A stretch of 64,000 bases of DNA, taken from assembly GCF_009914755.1 (NCBI RefSeq), contig NC_060930.1; one strand, written 5' to 3'. Of the stretch, positions 12,873-28,574 are shown in pieces. Position 1 is the stretch's first letter; each line of letters begins with the position of its first letter. The notes under the pieces were generated by a model, which saw nothing but the letters and a program-made list of their open reading frames with translations, was not told the origin of the DNA and did not search any database. The position numbers and the translations under genes were made by a program. This stretch comes from the human T2T-CHM13v2.0 reference genome, Homo sapiens.

Positions 12873-14489
12873 TCTCTCCACTCATTCCCAGATAATTCAT
12901 CCTTGGTGAGACATGAGACCTCCAGCCCTGTAGATAGGTTTCTTTACTCACTTCAGCTATTTGGGAGTTCCTCCACTAGATGTAATCTTTGTGAGAGCTG
13001 TGACTTCATTTTATTCTTTTTGGTATCCTTCATGGAACATATTCCTGACCTACAGAACCTACTCAATATAAAAATTAGTTAAATAAATAAGAGAATAAAT
13101 GCTCGCCTCTGACCTTGCTCCAAAAGCAGCCTTCACAGAAAATACTGGCACTCTCCAATAGTCAAACCAATGTTTTGCTTATCTAAAAAAGTATTTAACT
13201 TTTAAGTTACCTTCAACTGAAATTGAATTATAAACTTAATACTTCCAGTGAACATGGAGTTAACTCTGTGCTCTCTAGAGGTGCATTAGCTTTCATGACA
13301 ATGAAGCCCTATTTCAGTAAATGGCTTTGTCTATTTTGCTAGCTGGCAGCTCTCACGCTTAAAACAAATTAATGCTACTCTTCAGAGTAAGATAAATATT
13401 TTTCACTGTTAGTCAGACACATGCATCACTGGTCTGAACATCTTGAGTAGAGATAGGTTATAAATAATTACAATTCCTTACAGAAGTAAAATGAAGCAAG
13501 CAATAAGAGGTGAGGGTATTGCTTTTGCAGCACTCTTTAGTGGTACATTTCTTTACCCTATCTTTAGCAGGCCCCTTCAATTATCAAATAATTGCATTTA
13601 AAACAGTTGAAAATTACAGTAAAAAAATGGATAAATCTTCTTTTCTTGAAACTCCTTAAAGCTCCAAGGGAGGATGAGAGCCAAGCGCTAGGCTCTGTGA
13701 CAGTGGAATAAGCCAGTAAGGTTCTTGCCATTGACATTCATGTTGGGCTAACACTTTGGTCATCAGCCCAAGTCTGTCTAGATTTATGGACACAGCCAAT
13801 AAGAAATAGAGAATATTCCAAGCGAATTGCTGCCATGGAATATAATGCCACATACCACAAGTTAAGCAAAAATGCATGTCTCATTTGTCCTTGAAATACA
13901 TTAGTATAGCACAAAGATAGAAAACATAGCAGACTCACTTTGATTATGACCCCAAGGGAATTTCAACAAGACCTTCACTATAGTAACAGGGTTTATTTTT
14001 CCTGAGGCAGAAGGAGTATATTGAAAAAAAAATATGCCTTTTGTGGCAATGAGGAAAGCATTTAATGATTAGGAGTATTTATTACCATTTGCCTTTTGGC
14101 CAAAACTTTATTATTGATGATTGGGGGTAAATCCTAATGCTCTACAATTAATTTCCAAAGTCACAAAATAATTGAAAAGAATCACTTTTATTAATCTTTA
14201 ATAATTGAGAATTGTAACAAGAATGAACAAAACTTTGAAAGACAAACATCATGTTTTCTAAAGTTAATTTATGCCTCCTTAGTTCATTGTCTAATTGTAA
14301 CATATACCTTACTATGTACAAGAAATAGCTGAACAAAATCAGTACCATCTGTACTCAATGTTTAGAAGATCGCCTTTTACCTTTATATTTAATTGGGTTT
14401 ACAACTTCAAAGGATTATTCATAATAAATTTTCATTTTAATGTATTCTTTGAAATTATGCACCTGTAATACCTCATAAATTTATGCACA

Positions 14490-14680
14490 ATAATAATAAT
14501 TAGCATTTATATGAAGCTTTTCATCTTCAAAGCATATTATATACATTAGGAAATTCATCATTTCAACACCCTTCTGAGGAAAGTAAATATTGTTATCTTC
14601 ATTTTACAGATAGAGAAACTAGAAAGATGCTAGAAATTTCTAAGACAAGTCATCTATAGGCATAATTAGAAGTGGGCCTT
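14490..14680 (-). mobile_element. MIR remnant
   Basis: MIR core-like cattttacagatagagaaact. Confidence 0.5.
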
Positions 14681-15349
14681 AACTTTTTGTGTGTGGTAGG
14701 GTTATAAAATATTTACATTCTATTTTAACATTTGTAAAACAGAGAGTACAAACCATTATTTTGAAAACGTTGTATATCTGAATATTTGCATTTGCCTCAA
14801 ATACATACACATATTCTACAAATATGGTGTGCAGTTTTAAAAATGTTATAAATAATTTATCTATAGCCCAATTCAATTTTTCCCAGTGTCTAAGCAGGTG
14901 TTAAATTATAAAATGAAAAAGATTACCCTCTACCCTTAGTGGTAAGAGATTTGACTTATGTCTAACTTCTTGCACATCACTTCCAAATTATTAAAAATTT
15001 TCTTCTTTGGTATGTTTTTGTGGAAAACTGAGGATTCTTTATGCTTTGAGAGGTTGATTACTTTTACGAATTTATAATGCAATCATTTACTTGAGTAACT
15101 TCAATATGCAAGGCAGTACATGACTACTTATATATTCTGTTGCACTCAATATTATTTAAAGCATGTAAATACTGCTGTTTTCTAATCATGTTTCTTATCA
15201 AAATCTGCTGTTCATGTTTATGGTGATATTTAATCTACTGTTTGACATTGACATATGAATTTACCTAAGATTTCATGACCTGTTGAAATGTTATTTTCAG
15301 AAACATGGCCTTGGAGCCCAAAGTAACATTAAAATTTAACATAAAATAT

Positions 15350-15730
15350 TTGTCTTAGGAACAGACTCCAATATAGACATGACTATGCAGATTTAATTAG
15401 AGTTTTCTCTGACATAGGGAACAATACCTGGAGGGCGTGAAGGAAACTGGATTGTCCAGGGGAGAAGCTAAAATTTAATACAGTAATACTATAAACTAAG
15501 AGGAGATTTGAAGCTGCCATGGCGTTACAAATTGAGGCAGGGAGCTGGGTCTTTGTACCCCAAATCAACTAGTCATAGGATGCTGGATGCCCCTGAGGAA
15601 GTAACATAATCTGGATAAAGCATATCCCTTCAGCCAGAGAGAAATTCCCAGAGAGACAAATCAGCACAAAGTCACCAGCAGACAATTCTTCTGACCCTGA
15701 AAGTGCATCCGGGGAGCATAGGACAGCGTC
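15350..15730. mobile_element. Old MaLR (MLT1-type) remnant
   Basis: Degenerate motifs aacagactc...ggaaactggattg...gtctttgtacccc...cttcagccagagag. Confidence 0.35.
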
Positions 15731-16453
15731 CATTAAGATAAATTATTGGGTATCAAGAAAAGAAGCAATCTTTGCTCTGATTTCCTAGCCCATAGACTGA
15801 ACCTTGGCTCCAATGGAACTCTTATGCCCTTGTGTCAATACAGCCATTAAAGTTGGCTTATAGAAGAAGTACTCCTGAAGTGAAGATGAAGTGTGAAGAG
15901 ACTGGGAGGGTAGGCGCCCCAAATATATACAGCACAGGAAGGAACATTCTTCTATGCAAAATTATTGTTTAATCCTTCTCCTCAACACACTAGGAAGATA
16001 TAGTCAATGTGCTGGCCAAAGGAACCAGGATCAAGATTTTTGACCCAGATGACTGAAGCTGGAATATGTCATTTAGAAAAGGTTGCTCTGAGAAAAAAAT
16101 TCCCATAAATATAAAGCTGAGCTAAACATAAGGATTATATAGTGTTAAACACAGAGAAAGCAAGATAAAAAAATAAGGTCCTGGGGACAGAAACACAAAT
16201 TCAGGCACTGAAAATAATTAAAAATGAACTAGAACAAGTTGAACAGAAGAGAGGATGACCCTGGAAAATTTCTCTAAACCCTTCCTGAGTATGTTTAGCT
16301 TATCCTTTTTGAATATTGTGCATAGGTTTTGATATAAAGTTAGAATAGAAAATTATGAATGGATACTTTTAAGAAAAGTCCTTTTCTTTATCTTTTTGTC
16401 TAAAAGAAGGCCCTTATTTGCTACCTACTCAGTAAGCTTTAAGCTTCACGCAG

Positions 16454-16818
16454 TGCTATGGTTTGCATATCCATCCCTTCCAAACCTCATGTTGAAATTT
16501 GATCCCCATTTTAGTGGTGCTGGAAAATGAGGACTAACGGGAAGTGTTCGGTTTACAGAGATGGATTGCTCAGGAACACATTAACAGACCCTGGGGGAGA
16601 GGGTGTGACTACTCATTCTATGAGTTCACCGGCAAGAAAAGATAGTTGTTAGAAATAAAAGAGCCTGTCACTCCCCGCCCACCCTGACCCTCTACATCTA
16701 CCCCCACCCTTGTTTCCTCTCTGGCCATGAAGAACCATGAGCCAAATAAACCTTTTTTCATAAATTACCCAGTCTCGGGTATTTTTTTTTTTATAGCAAC
16801 ACTAAACAGATTCAGGCA
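16454..16818 (+). mobile_element. MaLR solo LTR (MSTB/C/D-like)
   Basis: tgctatggtttg...aaacctcatgttgaaatttgatcccc start and aataaacc...aaattacccagtctcgggtatt...atagcaac...ca end. Confidence 0.85.
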
Positions 16819-16860
16819 TCCAGCCAACACATATTACTAATGAAATTTTAAAAAGAATAA

Positions 16861-18744
<1,884 letters not shown>

Positions 18745-19679
18745 AAAAAGGATAAGTTCAAACATGTTAATTAGAGAGCTATACAAGAGGAAAAGGGAAG
18801 TTATGATTAAGAATCATCTTGCTGTTTGTATGGAATGTTTTTATTTTGTCATCAGGAAATTCACAAATAGGATCTCGGTGCGGGTAAAATGAGGTCAAAA
18901 AGCTTTTCTCCTTAATCTCCTTAAAAAGCAGGACATCCACATTTTATTGTAAAACCTTCTGCCATTTTCAAGCAGAATATTGACCATGAGGACAGCAGAA
19001 AATTTCTGCATTTGACTTTTTAAAAGAAAGTTAGATTTTTAAAATTGCTTGATAGAGTATACAATCTGAAGCTTTTCAAAACAAAAAATACAAAGAAAGC
19101 AATTTCTCAAAAATGTCTTGAACTAAAGGATTAGTTATTAAATAGTGTGTAAATGAGCTTTTGGTGGTTTAAAGAGATTGCTCCAGTGGACCTGTTAGAG
19201 GCTCTGACAGGGCTCACAGAATTGAGTAAAGTGGGAACGTACTTCAATCACTAGTTCCTGTTAAGTTGATACCTGTTTTATTCAGTGCATCTGACCTTTG
19301 AGCTTGACAATGATTCTTTGTAAGTGGGAGCTTAAAATGTCATCTGTAACATAAAATATAAGGTATGTGGGTGTTACAAAAGTGTTCTGTCTCTGTAATG
19401 GAGTGGCTCTTGGGAGAGTTCACTACCTAGGGATCTTTTATCTGTGAGCCATAGTTGCTGGCAGACTTTACACACGGGCTTTAAAGTCAATGTGTGCTCT
19501 GTGTTGAGACTTTAGTGGACAAGTACCTCTGTGGTCAAAGTTCCTGGCACAGTTTGCTAAGACAGAAATGAATAAGTACTAATTTGATTCTAGTCTAGCT
19601 TATTATTTCTTCTCTTATGTGAACATTTTAGGTGGTAAGTAAATAGTGGTCACACCTGCACTGTCAGGTCATCAGTGCT

Positions 19680-20194
19680 TGTAACTGAGTGCAGACCTGG
19701 CTTCTCAGTGCTTGCAAAACCAGTAACATTGTCAACGTGCAGTGAAATAAAAGTGACTTTATTTCCAGAGCTAGCAGTGGGGAAATGGTTAAGGCTTTTG
19801 CCTTGAATACAACATTTCAGGTTTTTGTGTCAAAGGTAAAGGCTTAAAATGGGGAGTTTGGTATAATGGGCGTACAAGAGTGATGAGGTAGTGCCAGTCT
19901 ACATGATTGTTCTAATGACTATCTTGAACTGTTGTCCCATCTGGTAAGTGGGCTGGCACAATCTTGAGTACACCAGGTTGCAAATTAACTGCAGCCTTGA
20001 AGTAATCTCCAGGTGGCAGAGAATCCCACAGTGGCCTGACTGTTTCAAGATTTAGTCTCTGGAACTTCTAAGTAAATACATAACTAGGTAAAGGAAACAC
20101 TGTGCAGGGGGGGATGCCTGGTGGAAAGCAAGACAAGGAACAGGCAGGAAAGTAAAAGAAAAAAAAACTTTTAAAAACAAGATGCTTGGTTACA
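19680..20194 (-). mobile_element. ERV1-class solo LTR (LOR1/LTR29/LTR48-like)
   Basis: Inverted termini tgtaac...gttaca, length 515 bp, 4-bp flanks tgct/ggct (3/4 match). Family and strand are from recalled similarity. Confidence 0.65.
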
Positions 20195-20214
20195 GGCTGA
20201 GGAAATGAGAAGCA

Positions 20215-20370
20215 TCCTTGGAGCAGGAATCTGGAAAACTGAGTTCTAGTTGCATCTTTGCTATTAGCAATGAATGTGACTATACACAAATTACTCTGTT
20301 CTTTGATGGTTAATTCCTCAATTATAAAATGAGATAAAATCACATAATCTTTGCAGTCCCTTCCATCATC
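20215..20370 (+). mobile_element. MIR remnant
   Basis: ctgagttctag...tgtgact...ttcctcaattataaaatgagataa. Confidence 0.55.
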
Positions 20371-20769
20371 TTGATCCTTATATGTCATATTACTTACCTG
20401 TATTTCAATAAGCAAAGCAAATTTGTTGAGATGCTACACTGGAAGAAAGGTTATTTCTGTGGTTCTGAAAACACAACCAGAAAATCCATAACATTTGCTC
20501 TATCGGGAACTCCATCCGAGTTGCTACGGAGTGTGAAAACTAAAGTATAGTTAAGACTTTATATTTATGAAAAAGTCTGCATTTTAATAATCTGGCATAC
20601 TTAAATATCCTTCTTTACATATTTTGACTTCTTCTATTACTAATCAGTGTTGATGACAATGAAAACTATAGGTGTATTTTGGAAAGTCACTAAGAACTCC
20701 CCAGATATAGGTTTAAGTTGTATTTTAGAATATGTAAACCTTGTAGCTTGTCAAGAGTTCAGACTCCTT

Positions 20770-21290
20770 TGATTCAAGGACAGAAAACTCAACTCACAAT
20801 GACTTAAACAAAAGGAAACTATACAACTCACACTGACTTAAACTACATTGGTTTAAAAGTTTGAGGGTTGGGTTAACTATAGGCGAGGCTGCTTTCAAGG
20901 GTTCAGATTATATCATCGTGATCTGATCCTTCTCTAGCCTCTCCCTTTTATGTGACTTTGATGGCAAGATGACTACAGCAGCTTCAGGTTTATATTCATC
21001 CGGTTCAAAACAGTAAGAAATATAGCGTACTTGTCCTCCAACTCTTCTAACAAAAATCTCATTGCATTTCATTGTATTTCATCACTTGCTCATTCCTACA
21101 TATATCAATGAATCTAAAGAATGAGATGCTCAGATTGATCATACTTTATTCCCACACTCAACTCAGGAGCAAATGTGAAGCCTTACCAGAAGCACATGAG
21201 CTGAAAGTCAGGAAGAGGATGATTCCACAGAGCAAAATCAGGGTACTGCTAGCAGAAGACAGGGAACTGGATGATGGGCTGCAAAATAAA
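20770..21290. mobile_element. Old MaLR LTR (MLT1J/K-like)
   Basis: cagaaaactcaactc...cttaaacaaaagg, gcaagatgactacagcagc, and ccacagagcaaaatcagggtactg motifs. Confidence 0.5.
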
Positions 21291-22432
21291 ATATCTCTAT
21301 TAAAGTATAAATCTACTATATTATCAAATTATTACATTTTCACTGATTTATTTCAAAATTAGGAGTATTTTTTTCTGCTCTTGTAAATCTAACCAAGTAG
21401 CAAAAGTTGGCTGCCATGTAATGTATATCAACCTGTACTGATATCACAATAGTATTATTTACTAATGTCAATGTTAAGAATAAATACAATGGCTTTTAAT
21501 ACTAAACAATGTTGCTAAAGTTAAAAACTGATGTAAACTCAAATCAATAAAAATTGAGCTTTTATGCATACATTAATGGAAAGTGGGGATCCTCTATCTC
21601 AGTTTTTGCGTCAAACTATTTTGTAGAAAATCCTAGAATACTTCAAATAATCCTCCAGGTTCCACACCGCAAAGTAGTAAGAGTGAAGCAGATAATCTTG
21701 TTTGAGCTTCAAGGTGCTAGTCTTCCTCCTCTCCAAGGGCTAAATAACAAACCTCATAAGAAAATTATGTGCTAAATCTGAAGGGAAACATAGATGATCA
21801 TAATTTTGAAATGACCTTATAATCTCAAAGAAGAACTTTCTGGATAAAAACTGGATTGGAGAATGAGAGGTACACACAAGGACAAAGTGTGACCCTTTTT
21901 CCCTCTCCTACTTAAGGGAAGACATCAGGGTATAGAGGGCAGGTCAAACCTGACTTACCCACTCACTCATAGAGAAGAAGGCCAATGAGGCCACTCAGGG
22001 ATGCAAGCAGTGAAAGACAAATAAGGAGATGGAATAAAGAGACTTCTGCTGGAGGAAAAGTTCCTGACCTCCCCACTGATTCATCAGACATGAAGAGAAA
22101 AAGAAAGTATTAATATGATGTCTGGTTCCTGACCTTGACATAGTAACTCCAGCTTCCTGAAACTTGGCCAAATGAAGGTTTTATATTTGGAAAAGTGGAT
22201 TTATAAACTCTACTTTTGCAAGGAAGAAGACAAGGGATGTGTACCAGAGTAGAAAAGTATGCAGAAGTGTATCTGCTCCCAGTTCCCTCTGTGGGGAGGG
22301 AAACAGAGTTCTCTCCTATGTGGAAAATATGAGGAAGGGTGGAAAGTTTCCCCCAAATATTCAGCCACTATTGGTTTTAGATGAGAGTATGAGCATGTGT
22401 TAAAAGGCAGGGTTATTTTTGCTCTTAGTTAG

Positions 22433-23710
22433 TGTAATAGACAGATCTGTGCCTGCTCCCACCAAACCCCCAACCCCAACAACGATCTTCAATTCCTAAT
22501 TTCAGAACCTGTAGATACATTACATTACATGACAGTTGCCAATCAGTTCACTTTAACAGAGAGCAGTTATCCTGGGTTATTCAAGTGGGCCCAGCGTAAT
22601 TATATGAGCTCCTAATAGCTGGAAAAAGGAGTCCTACAACTGCTAGGACCTGAATTCTACAAGCCCCCAGAAAGGAATGCAGCCTGCGGACTCCTTTATT
22701 TTAGTTCACTGAGACATCTACCAGAGTTCTACCTACAAAAATGTAGGATAATAAGTTTGTGCTATTTTAAGCTCTTGCATTTGTGGTAATTCGTTATAGA
22801 AGCATTACAAAAAGCAGAGTACTTAGTCACATAAAAGGCTTTGTAAAGAGTTCGAAGGTATGACTCAAAGATTCCCTAAATTAAACCAGAAAATATCTCT
22901 CAGAAGATATAAGGCTATTTGTCCTTCAGCCATCTTAGCAAAATCCAAAATTGGAGATAATATTTTCTAGGAATGATTTGTGAACAAACCTCTTATCTAA
23001 TGAAGTGAATCCTGTGAAATGCATGAGAGACCCACAAGGTGCTTGAGAATTTTATATTAGCAGAAGCACTGCTAGCATGAACTGAAAAGGTATTAAATAG
23101 TATTAAAAGAACTAAATAGTATTAAATGAAAGAAGGATGTTAGACTCTCAAAATTCTGCAGGCAGATAACATAGGCTGATAAAACCATTCAGCTACAAAC
23201 ACATGCAATCCTTTAGCCATGAAAGAAAGGATGAACCAAAGAACAAAGCTTTAAGCTCAGAAACTAGAACCAGGAACAAAGGAGAATTACTCTGAGGCCT
23301 TGAAATCTAATAAAGTTTGTCTGGTTGTATTTAAAAATTGTTTGAGAGAGGTGACTTTTTTTCTTCTAATTTCTCCCCTCTCAAATCAGTATGTCTATAA
23401 CAATTAACTGATGACTGTCCCATCGTTGCATTTTGGAGGAGATAACTAGTTTCCTAGTTTTATAGATCTACAAGTAGAGGAAAATTGTGACCCAGGATGG
23501 ATTATACCCAAGACTCACCCATAACTTCTTTGAATTTTGTACATAGTGAGATTTGAGACTTTAGAACTTATGAGATTTAGTACTTTTAGTTGATATATAA
23601 TAGAACGAGACCTGTGGAAACATTGTGATGGGGTGAATGTGTTTTGTATGTGGGACAGATCCAGAGGGTGGATTGTGGTAGGCGGAATGACTCAAAAAAT
23701 GTCTAAAACT
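22433..23710 (+). mobile_element. MLT1D/E-like element: LTR about 22433-22822, internal region, start of second LTR at about 23675
   Basis: LTR 3' motif ataataagtttgtgctattttaagc...tttgtggtaattcgttatag. The junction ccagagggtgga-t-tgtggtaggcggaat is typical of MLT1 internal/3' LTR. Confidence 0.7.
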
Positions 23711-24307
23711 TAAATTTTTATAGAAGCAACAGAAAACTAATAGCCAGTGGTCTTTCTGTGAACTTGTGCTAGAAATATAATACTTTACAGCAGGAAGCAC
23801 CTTAGGCAGCCTGTAATTCATTTCCATTATTGTCTAGATGCTGAATCCAAGGATAAAAGTTGATGAGATATTTATTCTATGTGCCATAGCTCCTTTCTGT
23901 CAGAGCCAGGGATTGAATGTCTATTTCTCTATTGAACAAACAAAGTTCATATTATCCTCTGTTTTCAGCACTTTATTTTCTGTGCTCTGCTTTATTCTCT
24001 TTGACTTTTGCCCCAGGAACCCTCTATGAACACTGGCTGCCTTCAATACAATGCTGAGTAAAGCTCAGCATTACCTCAATTCTTTACCCTCCTGTCCAAA
24101 CTGATCATTTTATTTTCAAATTAAACAACCTTCAGCTGGCTCCCCTGTTTCTTTGACTTTTGAGAAAGTGGTTTCTGTGAAGTCAGTAATGTGTTACTTC
24201 TAAAGATTTTTTCTTTTAATGGGCTAATCAATTAAACATCCAAACAGAGGAGATAGTATTGAAAAAATTTCAAAAACAATAAAAAAGTATTCAAGTCTTT
24301 TTGAGTG

Positions 24308-26133
24308 GGTAAGCCCCTTCTGCCTATGAGCCTGTGAAATCAAAAGCAAGTTAATTACTTCCTAGATACAATGCAGATACAGACATTGGGTAAATAGATC
24401 CATTCCAAATGGGAGATATGGGCCATAACAAAGAGGCTACAGGCCCCATACAAGTCCAAAATCCAATGAGACAGTAGTTAAATCTTAAAGTTCCAAAATA
24501 ATTTCCTTTGACTCCATGTCTCACATTCAGGTCACGCTAATACAACAGGTGGGCTCTCATAGCCATGGACAGTTCTGCCCCTGTAGCTTTGCAGGGTACA
24601 GCCACCCCTCCAGGCTGGTGTTGAGTGATGGCAGCTTTTCCAGGTGCATGGTGCAAACTGTTGGTGGATCTACTATTCTGGGGTTTGGAATACTCTGGCC
24701 CTCTTCTCACAGCTCTACTAGTCAGTTCCTGAGTGGGGACTCTATGTGGGGGTTCTGACCCCACATTTCCCTTCCTCATTGCCCTAGCAGAGGTTCTCCA
24801 GGAGGGCTCCAGCCCTGCAGCAAACTTCTGCCTGAGCATCCAGACATTTCCATACATCCTTTGAAATTTAGGTGGAGGTTCTCAAACCTCAGTTGTTGAC
24901 TTCTGTGCAGTCACAGGCTCAACACCACGTGGAGGCTGCCAAGGTTTGGCGCTTGCACCCTCTGAAGCAATGCCTTGAGCCATACCTTGGCCCCTTTTAG
25001 TCATGGCTGGAGTGGCTGGGCTGCAGCAAACCAAGTCCCTAGGCTGCACACAGCAGGGGATCCCTGGGCCCTGCCAAGAAAACCATTTTTTTTCCTCGTA
25101 GGCCTCTGTGCCTGTGATGGGACGGGCTGCTGCAAAGTTCTCTGGCATGCCCTGGAGACATTTTCCCCATTGTCTTGGTTATTAACATTCAGCTCCTCAT
25201 TACTCATGCAAATTTCTGTAGCTGGCTTGAATTCTCCCCAGAAAATTGTTTCTTCTCTTCTATTACATCATCAGGCTGCAAACTTTCAAAACTTTTATGC
25301 CCTGCCTCCTCTTGAATGCTTTGCCACATAGAAATTTGTTCTGCCAGATACCCTAAATCATCTCTCTAAAGTTCAAAGTTCCAAGATCTCTAGGGCAGGG
25401 GCAAAATAACACCAGTGTTTTTGCTAAAACATAGCAAGAGTCACCTTCATCCCAGTTCCCAAGAAGTTCCCCATCTCTATTTCAGACCAGCTCAGCCTGG
25501 ACTTCATTGCCCATATCACTATCAGCATTTTGGTCAAAGCCATTCAACATGTGTCTAGAAAGTTCCATACTTTCCTACATCATCCTGTCTTGTGAGCCCT
25601 CCAAGTCGCTAGGAAGTTCCAAACTTTCTCCTATCTTCCTCTCATTTTCTGAGTCCTCCAAACTGTTCCAGCTTCTGCCTGTTACCCAATTCCAAATTTA
25701 CTTCCACATTTTGGGTTTCTTTACAGCAGCACTCCACTATTCAGTGTCAATTTACTGTATTAGTCTGTTCTCATGCTGCTATAAAGAACTGCCCGAGACT
25801 GGGTAATTTATAAAGAAAAGAAGTTTAATTGACTCACAGTTCTGGATGGCTGGGGAGGCCTCAAAAAACTTATAATCATGGTGGAAAGGAAAGCAAACAC
25901 ATCCTTCTTCACATGGTGGCTGGAAGGAGAAGAATGAGAGCAAAGAGGGAAAAACCCCTTATAAAACCATCAGCTCTTGTGAGAATTTACTCACCATCAT
26001 GAGAACAGCAGCATGGATGTAGCAGCCCCCAAGATTCAAATACGTCCCATTGGGTCCCTCCCACAACATGTGGGGATTATGGGAACTATAATTCAAAATG
26101 AGATCTGGGTGGGGACACAGCCAAATCATATCA
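24308..26133 (-). mobile_element. THE1D-like MaLR: internal 24308-25755 plus one LTR 25756-26133; the other LTR is missing
   Basis: LTR tgtattagtctgttctcatgctgctataaagaactgcccgagactggg...cagccaaatcatatca. The internal part is homologous to about 6470-7912. Confidence 0.9.
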
Positions 26134-26544
26134 CCCTAGTTTAAAACACACTTATGACTATTCTAGGGCCACTTTCAAAATACTATACCACTTCATGGAT
26201 AGTGCAGGTGCCTTATGACAGGATATTCTTGCTTCTTCCCTCCCATCCCTTATAACATTGTGCTCATTCATTTCACTTACTCAAAAACTATAATTACTAA
26301 ATTGCTGCTATCATTATCTTGAACAAACTTGTTAGATAAACTAAGAATAAGAAAAGTAAAGTACTTTATTTTGATTTTACCTTCATTTTTCCTGCTCTAG
26401 TGTTCCTTCTTTCTTTGCATAGACCTAAGTTTTTGACCTTTATCATTCTCCTCTCTGAAGCATTTTTAACATTTCCTGTGAGACAAGTATACTGACAAGT
26501 TTTTTGAATTTCTGCTTGTGTGAGAAAGTCTTGTTTGTCTTTCA

Positions 26545-27180
<636 letters not shown>

Positions 27181-27765
27181 TGAACAGTTTTGTTCAATAC
27201 AGAATTCTAGGTTGGCCTTTGTTTTTTTTGTTTGTTTGTTTTTCCTTTTAACACTTTAGATATTTTGCACTAATCTCTCTTGGTTGAATGGTTTCTGAAT
27301 AGAAGCCTGCTGTAATTCTTATCCTTGTTTCTTTTTTGGTAAGGCATTTTTTTCCCTTTGGCTTCTTTCAAATTTTCTCTTTGTCTTTGCTTTTCTACAG
27401 TTTAAATACAAATTGCATAGGTGTGGATGTTTTGATATTTATTCTGCTTGCTATTCTCTGAGATTCCTGGATCTGTGGTTTGCTGGATGTTCTTAATTTT
27501 GAAAAATTCTTATAATTCTCATTCCAAAATTCCCATTGTTAAGGAGAACATAGCTTTCTGGACATATTTCAAAATGGCTACTTTTTTCTTTCTCCTGCTA
27601 GAAGCATAAAGGAATGTTTCTCCGATCTTTACTGTAAGAATTTGGTGGAAGCTCCTGGAGGTAAATCTCAAAGTGTGGGCTCCCCTAAGAAAAGTCCTCC
27701 AGAGTTTTTAATTGTCAAACTTGTCTACAATGAGCATCTAGATATTTGTCAACTACACTTTAAGG

Positions 27766-28090
27766 CAGGGGTCCCCAGCCCCCAGGCTGCTAACTGGTAT
27801 CTGTCTGTGGCCTGTTAGGAACAAGGCCACACAGCTGGAAGTGAGCAGCAGGCGAGCAAGCATTACCACCTGAGCTCCACTCAGCATTTTATTCTCATAG
27901 GAGTGCAGACTCTATTGTGAACTGCACATGCGAGGGATCTAGGTTGTGTGCTCCTTATGAGAATCCAATGCCTGATGACTTGAGGGAGAACAGTTTCATC
28001 CCCAAACCATCCCCCCGACACCCCACTGTCCATGGAAAAATTGTCTTCCACAAAACCCACCACTGGTGCCAAAAAGATTGGGGACTGCTG
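27766..28090 (+). mobile_element. MER1B-like hAT-Charlie DNA transposon
   Basis: TIRs caggggtcccca and tggggactgctg. 8-bp TSD ctttaagg/ctttaaag. Confidence 0.88.
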
Positions 28091-28574
28091 CTTTAAAGAT
28101 TTCTACCAGTACTAGCTCCAATGACCAGCTTCAGCTCCTGAGCTTCTGCTCTCAATGACATGTGATTCTCAGGATCTACCTTTCTCTACAGTTTTGTAGC
28201 AGCAGTTTGCTCTATGACCTCAATTCTCTGATGGATTGAGTTATTGATTTTCAGTTTGCTTAGCTTTTTTCTTGTTATCATGATAGGAGTGATGACTTCC
28301 AAGCTCTTTACATGACAGTGTAGAAGCTGAGAACTTGCTATACTATATATAATAATACAAATAATGTATATACATACATACTAAATTTAATATAAATATC
28401 ACTGAAATGGCATCAAATTACTTTCAACCTACCTTTTGTAAATATTTTTCATGTTTCCAAATATATGCACAAAATACGTTAATATTTGCCTAATATCCCA
28501 TTATATAGATACATCATAATTAGATTAGTCAATCACAAATGTTAGACACATAGCTTGCTGCCAAGTTTGTGTGT

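Noticed and set aside
13656-13938. Overlapping minus-strand ORFs in unique sequence
   Set aside because: They are short, with no recognisable homology or exon structure.
25555-25640. Internal duplication in the THE1D internal region
   Set aside because: I recall it as a common feature of such internal sequences, so it is probably not locus-specific. Not verified.
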